58,824 bases of DNA from Basidiobolus meristosporus CBS 931.73 (GCA_002104905.1 MCFE01000554.1:1-58824), one strand, 5' to 3'; counted from the first letter of the stretch, positions 1 to 10,790 are shown. Program-made: numbers and translations. The notes: a model not told the origin generated them from the letters alone.

Positions 1-1000
1 GTATCACCTTCTGAGAGTTTCCTATGGAGCAGATTGGTGGGGAGATATAAAGACAGGTCAAGTTGCAGGTACTACCATATTCAAATCCCTCAAGAATAGT
101 ACCTTCAAGTCTGTCATGGATGTGATTAGTTGGCACATGGAGGACAGCCAGGAAGAGTTAGAAAATTTTAAGGATAGATATGCACCTGAAAACACCTGTG
201 CCTATGGCATTAAGAAGCTAAACAGCCTTAATGCATGGGTTATCAGTTATGTAAACCAAAGTTGGGTAGGGTGCAACAAGCAGATAGTTTTTATTAGGAA
301 AACTGCACCAAGGCAAGTCAGATTTCTCTTGGTCACAAGCCAGTTTCTACACCATTCAGTATGGAATTCTCACAAACAAGAGCCAGGGTGCGCCAACAAG
401 GGAGACTAGAATTCAGCAGGGAGAAGGAATATATTGGCTAAATACCAAAAAGTTCTTTGCGGATATTCCAAAGGTAATTGTGGCAGATGTGGCAGCAACC
501 AAGCATATGTTTGCACAATGTATATGTTACCAGCAATACAAGGTGTATGGCAACTTGGCAAGTATTGCACTCAAAAGCCATAAAGATGAGGTGATAGAAC
601 TATGTCACTTGCAGCAGGTATCCACTTTTATAGAGGTTAGTTAGCAGGAGGCCATAGTATTTTTGATTTAAACTATATGTGGAATATGCAAGTTAGTAGA
701 GTGTAAGCAAATATAGAGGGGTGATTCTACCATGGAATATATGAGTTGCACAAGGGTGGTAGAAAAACAAGATACCATTCAGTAAATTTGTATGGTAGCA
801 GTATACAGAACTAGCTGCAGGCCACCATTCTGCAGTATTAATGCCATCAGAGGCTTGCAATGATGCTGTCAAATAATCATCATGTTTTTGCAATATAGAG
901 CAATTGGATGTACTGGCTTGTTAGATCCACTCCAATAGTTGTAAAACACACTAAGACAGCAATAATGCCATGCAACCCTTGGCAAAACACTGTAAAAACA
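1..1000 (+). pseudogene. EnSpm/CMC (Tnp2/Transposase_21-type) transposase, C-terminal part and 3' flank, decayed
   Basis: Bases 6-80 read TF*EFPMEQIGGEI*RQVKL, the W-x-FPMER motif of Tnp2-type transposases. Homologous to 18860-19900 (-), 40172-41100 (-) and 45900-46245 (+). Confidence 0.75.
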
Positions 1001-1698
1001 GTTGTAATTATTAAGTTGTCACCCCAATATCAATGCTAACTTAGTCACATAGATCCTAATATCTGATTAGCATTCTTTCCTGACCAATTTCTGGCTGGGA
1101 TTTGTGGTAATGGAAAGTATTCCATTAATACAATATCTCTAAACCAGTATTGCACTCATTTCTTTATTTTGATTTTTGCTATTGTAACCCACAAGTGAAA
1201 GATCAAGAATTTCCAACTTTGAAGGACAAATGCTTCAGACCCTGACAAGCAATCCATCCAAGAATATCATGTCATACAGGACACATAGTAGCCAACACAT
1301 GTTTCAAATTACAGCTCATTTGAAGCAGTACTTAAGTAGTTATGACCAAAAGAGTCCAATTATTACATATACTATGCCTTATTGCCAGGATTACTATGGT
1401 AACTTCAATCATGTGTAACTTTTGAACCAGCAAGTCAAATCACGTGATATTCTTACAGATGCTGCGCCTATGTCCAATCTGCACCACTGCAACATTTTAG
1501 CTTTGTATCACATGTATTGCTTGCGCAATCACCCAAAAACTTTGATCCTTCAGAATTTTCATGTATATGACTTCCCCAGCTGAAAAATAAAGTGAGAGCC
1601 TCTCTTTCCAGAATCTCCACACTACAATTACAAGTTTAAAGGCTATAAGACTTCCCCTGCATCACTTGCACTGTTGAGTATTCTGACTTTGATTGGTA

Positions 1699-2127
1699 CT
1701 ACATCAGTAAAGAGACTGCAAAGTGCACAAGAATCCCATCTAAGTTCTACAAGAAACTACCACTTTTCTGTTGGAAAGGTCCCCTCTAAGAAACCCCTTT
1801 GCTCTAAAGAAGCCCCTTTAGGCACCCCTTTAGTGTAGAGTTCACTTTAGAGACCACTATAGAAGCCCCTTTACTCTAAAGACACCCCTTCAGACACCCC
1901 TTTAGGTCTAAAGACCCCTTTAGAGACTTCTGCAACACACCCCTTTAGGTTAAAGTGGAGTTCAGAAATTCCATATTAGGAAATATTTTCTCAGAAAGGA
2001 AAGTGACTTCCAGATAATAAAAAGTTACTATAAAAGTAAATAAGCCCATTAGTTGACAGACGGTCAGAATACTGCTGTAGAAGTGATAAACACTGCCTAC
2101 AGTATATCTTAAGCCTAAGATTGAGGA
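1699..2127. repeat. Unclassified ~430-bp dispersed repeat G with internal CCCCTTTA array (copy 1)
   Basis: Colinear with 42551-42997. Both copies start CTACATCAGTAAAGAGACTGCAAAG and end TAAGATTGAGGA in unrelated flanks. Confidence 0.8.
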
Positions 2128-2202
2128 AACTAGTTAAAGTTATATCTTCTATTGGTATATCAAACTCCCAATAAACTATTTCAGTATTAGCATACTGGAA
2201 GT

Positions 2203-2520
2203 TGTTGTATATAGTTGATTAGCCTCTACATAGTAGAACAAGCCCCAAACTAGTCATAATACAACACAACAGATTTACTTGGAATATTTTCACCAAGTTA
2301 TCAGGTACCCAGATTATGATATTTTTCAAAGTTGTCCAACAGCCCCAAAACTTTGCACACTTACTCTTGGGAGCTTCCTTGGCAAACTCTACACATTTGT
2401 GTGCTCTAGTCTATCAAAAGTATAAATACCACACTTTTGAGCAATGAACATACAAGTGAATAACATGTAAATCCTCTAGTTCTCCACATCACTTTCAATA
2501 TTCCTCAGAATATTGCAACA
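2203..2520 (+). repeat. Diverged Copia-A-related LTR (solo or remnant)
   Basis: TGTTGTA...TTGCAACA ends. The internal block GATTTACTTGGAATATTTTCACCAAG...AAAGTTGTCCAACAGCCCCAAAACTTTGCACAC matches the Copia-A LTRs at 50855 and 55749. No clean TSD. Confidence 0.6.
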
Positions 2521-2555
2521 CAAATACCATTATGTTTTTACTATATTTGGCTGGA

Positions 2556-2703
2556 AAGTTAGCCAAATGCCATTGGGATCTCATCATAAGATTGTGAAGA
2601 TGGTTATTAATTCCAAGCTGCTGGTAGATTGCAGTCTCCTGACAGGATCTTGACAGCAGATCTGGATTGGATCCACCTGTGAAACCAAGTTCTTCCCACA
2701 GAG
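2556..2703 (+). mobile_element. EnSpm-like element right terminus (transposase-side end)
   Basis: Same ~150-bp segment at 18718-18865 (-) and 33412-33544 (+). Homology stops in all three at consensus ...CCAAGTTCTTCCCACAGGG. Confidence 0.6.
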
Positions 2704-2796
2704 ACTGCTGTGATCCTGGTAACACTTGCTATGCTGTGTGTATGTTTCATGGCTGAGAGGCTTACTGCAACAGCCACATGGTCATTTTTCTCTTCC
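2704..2796 (-). pseudogene. 93-bp fragment of the EnSpm-like transposase N-terminus (CxxC...H region)
   Basis: Minus strand matches 23230-23320 (RPCGYCSKPLSHEAYREHRKYY) and 20860-20950. Confidence 0.65.
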
Positions 2797-5045
2797 CCCT
2801 ATGAGCAATTATTGTGATGATCCCATCAAAAGGCCATCACAAGTTTAAAATCCCATGAATAAGAGGTAGCAATCCAGTCAGGACACTGTAATGAACATCA
2901 AAAATAATTGCGCCCCTAATTCCACCAAAAAATTAGTCAAAATTTTTCATCACAATAAGACAAGAATGGCTTTTGATTGGTTCTCTGCCAACTTTCTCAC
3001 TTTCTGATCTCAGACACTCTATCACCTCCTACATTTGTGTGCATTCATTGGCTAGTGCTTCTTTTTCATACTACTTACTTCCTGACTCAACTGTTTCTCT
3101 TACTTTCATGCATATATATAGACTTATTTCTTTCGTAACTTTGGTTGTACCTCAATTGCAAATTGTATTGACCTTATTAAGTCCCTAAGCTCTGAGCTAA
3201 TATTAAGCCCAACTTCTCACTCAACAAGTATATCATTAAAATCCATCACTCAGTAAGTAATTTGGCTGTTATGCTCTATCTCCACAACTTTGGTGGGAAC
3301 CTTACAGCTTTATGCCACTGTTCATTTGCTGGTTCCCTTGTGTCCTGGTCTTCATTCACCACTGTAAGGTCTAGCACCTAATCTGCCAGTCCTTGCAATA
3401 GATCCTTGCAATATTCAAGTACATTTTCCTGGGCACATCTCTTAAAGAATTAATGCAACCTCTTGGTGTACCTATTGATACTCCAAAATTCCACTGAAGG
3501 TATTGTGATAACCATTTGAGTTCTTGATGTTGTTACTGTGTCTGTTGGTGGGATGTTCATTCAGTCAACAATGGAGGAAGTAGCGGCCAGAGTAGACAAA
3601 TTTTTTTTCTCTGCAAACTCATCTATCTCACTGAACTGTAGCATGACTGGTTGCACTTCCAACTCTAGTGAAAACAGCTGTTTTGTTGTTGGTGATTCTT
3701 CTTGGCTATGATGGAATTCAGTCTGTTCCATGCTTACAGCATCAATGGACAAAACTGGCAGCTTTCTTCTTATGCTACCCTGTTTCTGGCTTTGGCAGAC
3801 TCTTTTCCCTTTACCTTTTCCTATATCACTGCCAGGTCTTTCACTGCTACTTTGTTTGTGTGTTTTTTGCATTGAGTTGCATTTTCTCTTTAATAAATGC
3901 TGCTTTAGTGCATCTATTCTGGCCTACTTGTCCCTTGCTTGCACTTTGTGGGCAACCTGATTATTCTTTCTCACTTGCTTTGAGCTCTCAGCCCATGCTG
4001 TGATGGGCTCCTGAGGTAGCTGCTAGTTTTGTCACTGCCTCATTCTTCACTGCTACTTTGACTGAGGGCTCCTTTAGTGGAACTACGCTTTTTCCTTGAC
4101 AAATGTTGTGCTGGTGCATCTGTGTTTCCCTGCTTTTCCCTTATTGACACTCTTTCAGCTCTCTAATGTCACTTTGAAGCTTGTTCCAACCTTTTGGCCC
4201 CTCTTGTAACATGCTCTTCAGGAAGCTGCTAGTTTAACCACTGCACCCTTGTTCTTGGGCCTTTGATAGCTTCTGCCATTCTTGAGATACTTTCTCAGCA
4301 TACCAATGCTGGCTCAAAATTTGTTTGCGGTCTTAATCCAGGATAATGCTCCTGGTGCAAGTAAAGTGCATTCTGCTTGGCCTTGAGTTCCAGCTGGTCC
4401 TGTGGAATAATGGTCTTAAGGTAGTGGCATGCCGGACTTCTAATGGCCTCTAGAGTATTGGCCCACTCTTCATTGTTGCACTCAACAGATTCTTAGTTCA
4501 TCAATGTCTTGTGATTTTTAGGCTTTGATATCAACACAACATTTTCTCCCTCACATGCTGTGATATCTTTTTCTGTGGGCTTTATTGTTGGGCATTGATG
4601 TAGTGCTTCAACAACTGCACAGTGCTCCTCAGCTGTTACTTTGGGAATGGGATCATTCTTGGCTATGACATTAAGCTGCCTGAGCTCCTTCTTTTCAACA
4701 AAGATACTGCTTTCTCTACCTGGGATATTGATTGCTCTACATCTTTTTTCCACTCATCCTGTTTCTGAACTATATACTGAATTCTCTGGGACATTGCATC
4801 CATTCTATTGGCCTCTGTATCAATTGCTTCATTAATGCTTTGAAATGAGCTGAAAACATACTTGCTATTATGGGTGGTGGTGATGTTACGGCAGCCACCT
4901 GCTGGTCTTCCAGTGAAGGTGCTGCTTTTGCTACATTCCTGTCTGCCTCAGCATTATGATTAGCTTGCAGATTTGCAGAGAATCTCAAATGCATACTTGA
5001 CTGAGGGCCTGAAGAATCTACATTACTACCTTCAGTGGGCACATT
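2797..5045 (-). mobile_element. EnSpm-like element left arm: CCC terminus, subterminal region and decayed second gene (ORF2)
   Basis: Starts CCCTATGAGCAATTATTG, an inverted match to the right ends. 2900-3700 matches 33545-34350 inverted, and 3260-5045 matches 43700-45515 inverted. Confidence 0.6.
3290..5042 (-). pseudogene. ORF2 of the EnSpm-like element, unknown protein, decayed
   Basis: ORF pieces 4770-5042, 4493-4753 and 3561-3872. Blocks ECNNEEWA and FEPALVC*ESISR recur at ~36000-36210 and ~44325-44530. Confidence 0.55.
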
Positions 5046-6007
5046 GACTATTCAAACTGCAACTGCACTATCAGGGCATATAGACACCATTAGGTACACC
5101 AGGCTACTAACAATTGATTGATAGGGAAGGTTTGGCTTATATATGAGCATTTTTGCCAAAAATTGGCTGAGATTTGCCCAGTTTCAATTATTGCTTATAA
5201 GGCTAGTTGCAGGCTTGCAACTTTCTTGTCTTGTCATGAATTAACATCATAAAGTATCTATTGGTTCCAAATAACAGCATTCTCATGGGCCAATAAATAT
5301 CTGAGGGCACAATAGCCAATATTCTGGTGGTGCTACTGCCTCCTGAGCTCTGGATATGTTGCACAGCTTGCTTCCCACATAAATATCTTTTACAGACACA
5401 CAATATAAGTGAAAGTGAGTAATTAATACCCAAAAAAAGTTGGTTACTCACCAATTAGCTCATTTCTTGTTCCCCAATGTGTCCTAGCCTCCCATTACAA
5501 GTCTCCCAGTCAGTCTCATCAGTTTCAGCAATGCTGAAATACTCAGGTAAAAACATCTTCAGCTGTAACTTACATATGTTGCTATCTCTGATTCCCAAAG
5601 CTGATTTTTGTCCATTTTCATCTACACCATCATTGATACTGCAAAGTTCTTCTGCAAGTGTCTTTCTTTTGGTAATGAGTTGTAGCATATCATTTTCTGG
5701 CTTCTTTCTCATGGTGATAAACTTTTGTTTGAAGTAATGCTTACTTGAAGCTGACTTTGCTCTAAGAATTGTCTCCAAGAATTCCCATGCAGCTTTGGTG
5801 GTATTACAAGCATCAATTATTGAAAGAAGGAATTTTGTACACTTATACATATGGCATTCAAGGCCTTTCTATCCTTCTATTGAAACTTCTTCACTTCTTC
5901 TGCTCTTCCTTTGGGCTCAACTTCATTTCCTGTTACCATGTTCTAAAGATTTCTTTCCTTAAGGTGGATATGCATCTTGATTCTCTAAAGTCTGTAGTTC
6001 TTCCCAC

Positions 6008-6810
6008 TGTGGTAGGGTAAACATACCTCCCACAGACAAGCTTATTCATGTAGCCATTATGATATATGTATCCATATTTTATCTCATCAGTATTATCCCA
6101 TTCTTCTTTTGCCCATATTATCAGTATTGTCCCCATATGATGTTTACCCTGGTTAGTTATTAGCATTAGTTATCCCAGATGTTATTCAGCTTTGTGATCA
6201 GTGTATGTATCTACATAAGGCAGTACCCACGTCAGTACCTGTGACACATGACCTAGTTCAGTGTTACCATCCCTACCATTTCAATACCATATATTGTATT
6301 TCTATGTTGCACAGGTTTCAGACGACTGATTCCTGATTGGTTGGATGTGCTGTGCCTTTTAGAACCTTCCAGTACATTCTTGGCATATTTTTAGCTCAGA
6401 GTGATGTCATCAAGAATTCCACTGATGCCTAGAATCTTCTAGAACCTTGTCATTAGTAATCACTTGGCAATCAGGCAAAGTATTTAAGCAAAAGCAATCC
6501 CTGATCCATAAATCATCCCTTCTATCAGTAACACTTCTACCTTATTGATTAGCAGTTGATCACTGCACCTGCCTTCATCAGTGCATCTCAGACCTGCCAT
6601 CAAGGAGCTTTTCAGGGTAGTGCACAAGACACACAGAGGCCTTTGGAGACACTTGGAGCACCTAGGAAGCTAGAGAAGCAGGAGCTTTTACCATAGTGAC
6701 ATATTGACAAAGACACCAGCAGTTTAAACACAGAGGATATTGCACCCATCAGACACCTCACACACCTTGAGTTGTGTAGCTTCTCCCAGGAGTACCTCTA
6801 CACCACCACA
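6008..6810 (+). repeat. Element D 5' LTR (803 bp)
   Basis: Direct repeat of 8683-9485 and inverted repeat of 13370-14172. Confidence 0.95.
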
Positions 6811-6814
6811 TATT

Positions 6815-6832
6815 TGGCACCCAACGTGGGGG
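6815..6832 (+). promoter_or_regulatory. Primer-binding site, tRNA-Lys(CTT) type
   Basis: TGGCACCCAACGTGGGGG, 4 nt after the LTR. The canonical Lys1,2 PBS is TGGCGCCCAACGTGGGGC; there is one CpG-type change plus the last base. Confidence 0.8.
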
Positions 6833-6884
6833 GTTTGACTGAACTGCCCCTAGAAGACTTAAGAAAGAACAAACTATCAAGACC

Positions 6885-8643
6885 ATGGATCTACCTTTAC
6901 CAGGAATGCAAGGAATCCTGTTCTTTGATGGAACTAAAGTTAAAGCTTTCATCTAGAGGTGGGAGCTTTTCTGCAGAGTCCATAAAATACTTGAGGCCAT
7001 TATGGCTGAAGAGATGCCCCCTTACAGCACTGATGAGATCATGCTCTCATTATATGAAAGAAATGAGCTGCTGACAAATTGGACCCTCTTGAAGAGCTAC
7101 CGATTGATGAATATGGAGAGAGACAAGTTGAATATACACTTAAAGACTTGGAGAGCTTTGCTTATAGCAGGTTTAAGCTGCTACCATTGAAAGAATACTT
7201 GAGTGGCCTTGAGCAAATTGAGAGTCACTTAAAGCCCAAGGAGTTATCACTGATCTCCCTTTATCTGCCCAACTTCTCAGAGTACCACCAGAAGACCTGG
7301 TGAGAAGGATTGAAAACAATCCTACCAGGAAAGCTATGAGCTCACTGCCTGCATTTCAGTTAGCTAAGCAGATTCTACTTGCCCCTGAAGAAACCTCACC
7401 AATCAGAAAGTTTCTGTCAAGCTCAGCATAAAGCCAAGATAGCATGTGGTGTAACTCTGCCAACCATTCCAAGAGAAATTGCTAAGAGCTTCAGTCATTA
7501 CTATCCATAGGTGATGTCCTATATAGTCCTCAGGGATATACAGTCAGTAAGCATGGTGACAAATTATCCACAGCATTTGGGCCAGGAGGAATGAGAGTTC
7601 ACTACAAGCAAGTCACCTCTCATACAAGAAAGGTGCACCTCCATGAAGAAGAAGATCCTGACTACTTTGATCCAGCTGAAGTTCTGAACTTTGACTATGA
7701 GGACCCCAGAGAGGCACCAGATCATATAGATTCAATTTATGCTTCAAAGAAACACTATCCTGAAAAAATGGCTGATCCAGGCCCAGCAACAAGAGTACCA
7801 AGATGTGAGCCAGATGTTGTGATTGAGAAGAAAGCAACACCCCCATTAATTTTACAAGAGTCTTCCAAGGCCAACAACTACCACATGCAGCCTAGAGTCA
7901 AGCAAAATGATACCCCAGAGGCTCTGACAAGTCATATACTAGGAAGCAACTTATTAATCAAGGTTGGAGAGCAACTCAGTGTATCACCATCTGTAAGAAA
8001 GACTCTGGATGAGCACATCAGAATAAGAAAGCATCCAATTGAAGCAACCCAAGGCAACCAGGTCACAACAGTTCAAGGAAGCCAAGATATCAGTAAGCTG
8101 CATCAAAGCCAGAAGCACTACTACTCAGTGGCAACTGCAACAACTACAGCAACTGTGCATAATTGAAAAATCCTATGTCATATAGACAGTAGATCTGAGA
8201 TATGTGTGATGCCTTTGGAGGCTTGGAACCAACAACCATGCAAAGACCTATTGTCCATAGACACAAATATCAATTGGAGCATGAAGGATGCCAACTCAGG
8301 GCAATCAAAGCTTTTAGGAATTATTCACAGCTTCCCTCTCATCATTGAAGGAATACCCCATGGGATCCCAGTATTCATTTGTGCAAAGGCTAACTTTGAA
8401 TTACTTCTTGGAAGACCATGGGAGGTGAAAGCAAGAGCAACTGCAGTGAACTAACCAGATGGTTCAGCATGGTATACTATATACTAAGAGAGCCCAGGAC
8501 TAACAGCAACCTTCTGTGGTGTGGACTCAAACAATATCCAATCAATGATATCATGTAGATTTCTATCCCAAGAAAAGACAGGTGGCTTCATTGAGGATGA
8601 CCAAGAGAGCCCTTTGTTCTCCATACTTACAGTGGTTAGCTAA
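6885..8643 (+). pseudogene. gag: Element D gag-protease, decayed
   Basis: ATG at 6885 gives MDLPLPGMQGILFFDGTKVKAFI*RWE. Retropepsin-like IDSRSEICVM (D-S-G to D-S-R) at ~8182-8211 and LLLGRPW at ~8400-8420. Several stops and frameshifts. Confidence 0.75.
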
Positions 8644-8682
8644 AAAGTTTCAGGGAACTTTTTAGCTCAAGTGGGGGGTGGA

Positions 8683-9485
8683 TGTGGTAGGGTAAACATA
8701 CCTCCCACAGACAAGTTTATTCATATGGCTATTATCATATATGTATTCATATTTTATCTTATCAGTATTTTCCCATTCTTCTTTTGCCCATACTATCAGT
8801 ATTATCCCCATATGATGTTTACCCTGATTAGTTATTAGCATTAGTTATCCCAGATGTTATTCAGCTTTGTGTTCAGTGTATGTATCTACATAAGGCAGTA
8901 CCCACGTCAGTTCCAATGATACATGACCTAGGTCTGTATTACCTTCCCAACCAAATCAATACCATATATGGTATTTCTATGTTGCACAGGTATCAGACTA
9001 CTGATTCCTGATTGGTTGGATGTGCTGTGCCTTTTAGAACATTCCAGGACATTCTTGGCATATTTTTAGCTTGCAGTGATGTCATCAATAATTTCACTGA
9101 TGCCTAGAATCTTCTAGAACCTTGTCATTAGTAATTACTTGGTAATCAGGAAAAGTATATAAGGGAAAGCAATCCCTCATTAATAAATCATCCCTTCTAT
9201 CAGTAACAAATCTACCTTATTGATTAGCAGTTAATCACTGCACCTGCCTTCAACAGTACATCTCAGACCTGCCATCAAGGAGCTCTTCAGGGTAGTGCAC
9301 AAGACACACAGAGGTCTTTGGAGACGCTTGGAGCACCTAAGAAGCTAGAGAGGCAGGAGCTTTTACCATAGTGACATATTGACAAAGACACCAGCAGTTT
9401 AAACACAGAGGTTATTGCACCCATCAGTCACCTCACACACCTTGGGTTGTGCAGCTTCTCCCAGGAGTACCTCTACACCACCATA
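8683..9485 (+). repeat. Element D 3' LTR (803 bp)
   Basis: Follows the PPT. Direct repeat of 6008-6810 with mostly transition differences. Confidence 0.95.
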
Positions 9486-9583
9486 CCGCCAAACCCCTCC
9501 TTTACAGGGTAGATGTTTGTGTTGTTCTGTTTGCTGGCAGATGTCATCTTTAGAATAGATTCAGGCAATCAGGGCTGATAACT

Positions 9584-9950
9584 TGATGCTAGTTAAGAAG
9601 TGTGTTGGATACAAGGAACTTATCATGTAACAGTGATTATAGTTGAACTGTTTTTTATTCATAAGGTAGATCAGTATTTATACCTTTGTAGAAGTAATAC
9701 AGCTGTAACACTAAGAAAGGGGGTTTCTCAATATTCAGGAGCATTTGTAACAGGTTCAGGGATAGTACATAATGTTTGGTAAAAAGTGTAAATTTGATTG
9801 TCATTATAGAGAATAATCATTGGATCATAGATGTGAAGAGACGGGCAAAGTTGGGGCTGCAAACAAGTCCTACAATGACCACAAGTAGTCTATATTTGTT
9901 AATTAAATTTTTAGCTGCTGAATGATACAAAATAGTCCAATATTTCAACA
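9584..9950 (-). repeat. Copia-B 5' LTR
   Basis: Inverted homolog of 24162-24529 and direct homolog of 20968-21336. TG...CA ends, followed on the minus strand by a PBS remnant. Confidence 0.9.
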
Positions 9951-10373
9951 CTATGCTCAATGCTATACAAATCTTGGCTACTTCTTACTGGGTTGGATTC
10001 TGTGCCTTGTGATACAAGAATGCTCACTTCTAGATTGTTAATTGTCCCAGTTGTAGGCTGAATCACAGTTGAAAGTCCTCTACAGTGAGAATATCACCAT
10101 AAATGTACTATTATCCAATCTTGCATATTGGTGGACTTGATATGATAACTCAACAATGTTTGATGCCACTTTTTAAAAATTGCTGAATCTGCATCAAGCA
10201 GGACACTCCTACATTTGGTTAGCTTTTAGCCTTGGTGTTGTAGAGCTTGTATGCTTCATGTTCATTGCAGTAGCCCACAAATATGCACTTTAAATTCCTT
10301 GGTACATATTTAGAATGATTTCTGGGTAATCTTGTGGCATATACTGTGCAACAAAGTAGATTTAGGTGCTCTG
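9951..10373 (-). pseudogene. pol: Copia-A-related pol, integrase C-terminal fragment (host of Gypsy-B)
   Basis: Minus strand reads HLNLLCCTVYA...LKCIFVGYCNEHEAYKLYNTK, homologous to 53280-53660. Continues across Gypsy-B into 17669. Confidence 0.8.
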
Positions 10374-10749
10374 TGTGAGTACTAAATGTAGTACCCACTC
10401 TTTACCCAAAAGTTCTCCCCAGAGTCCTACACAGAGTCCCCCAGTATCCTCCCTATGATTCACCCACACACCCTCCCTCCTATCCCTGCCCTTATCTAGT
10501 TAGAACACTACCATAACAGGAAGGTGTTCACATCCCTATTTTATAACACATTGTCTATTATCTAAGCCCCCAAGTGATATATATATATCTACCCAATTGA
10601 ACCAAGTGAGAGGACAAGGGGATTTGGACAAAATAAACACAAGTCTTTATTACCTTGCTACCTTCTATTGGAAGCTATTCTGAACCAAGTGGTACTGACT
10701 TGACCTACAAGCTCTCCCACTCATCAAGTACAGTCAGTAATAACCCATA
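10374..10749 (+). repeat. Gypsy-B 5' LTR (376 bp)
   Basis: Direct repeat of 17292-17668. Followed by TATTTGGTGCCATC, a candidate PBS (tRNA-His-like TGGTGCC; uncertain). Confidence 0.95.
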
Positions 10750-10790
10750 TATTTGGTGCCATCTCTGCGGAAATAAGCACAAGTGAGGTA

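Larger units (their letters stand above)
6008..9485 (+). mobile_element. Element D: two-LTR Ty3/Gypsy-derived element encoding only decayed gag + aspartic protease (non-autonomous)
   Basis: 803-bp LTRs at 6008-6810 and 8683-9485 (TGTGGT...ACCACA/ACCATA). PBS 6815-6832, PPT AAGTGGGGGGTGGA 8669-8682. 4-bp TSD CCAC/CCGC. Removing the element restores Copia-B gag as seen at ~24620. No RT, RNase H or integrase motifs in the 1872-bp interior. Confidence 0.9.
5222..9950 (-). mobile_element. Copia-B 5' portion (LTR-PBS-gag-partial integrase), internally deleted, split by element D
   Basis: 5' LTR at 9584-9950 and PBS remnant AGTTATCAGCCC (9572-9583, minus). Gag UBN2-like ORF 5455-5850 is homologous to 24735-25337. 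Integrase start at 5203-5454 ends at DKTR. Confidence 0.85.

Noticed and set aside
1000-1698. Possible host exon (ORF 1230-1418)
   Set aside because: No recognisable motif, no second copy in the window and no clear splice structure. Left unassigned.
1779-1947. CRISPR-like or telomeric array (CCCCTTTA repeats)
   Set aside because: Repeats are 6-9 bp with irregular 4-30 bp spacing. There are no cas genes, the context is eukaryotic TE DNA, and it is not a tandem TTAGGG/TTTAGGG array.
2884-2888. CACTG as a CACTA-type terminus
   Set aside because: The homologous position near 34347 reads CACAA. The better-supported CCC end at 2797 matches three opposite termini.
5933-6166. LTR-encoded protein (also 14041-14247, 6758-6952, 51051-51445, 21914-22096)
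   Set aside because: Short frames lying in or crossing LTR boundaries, with no domain signal. They are by-products of repeated LTR sequence.
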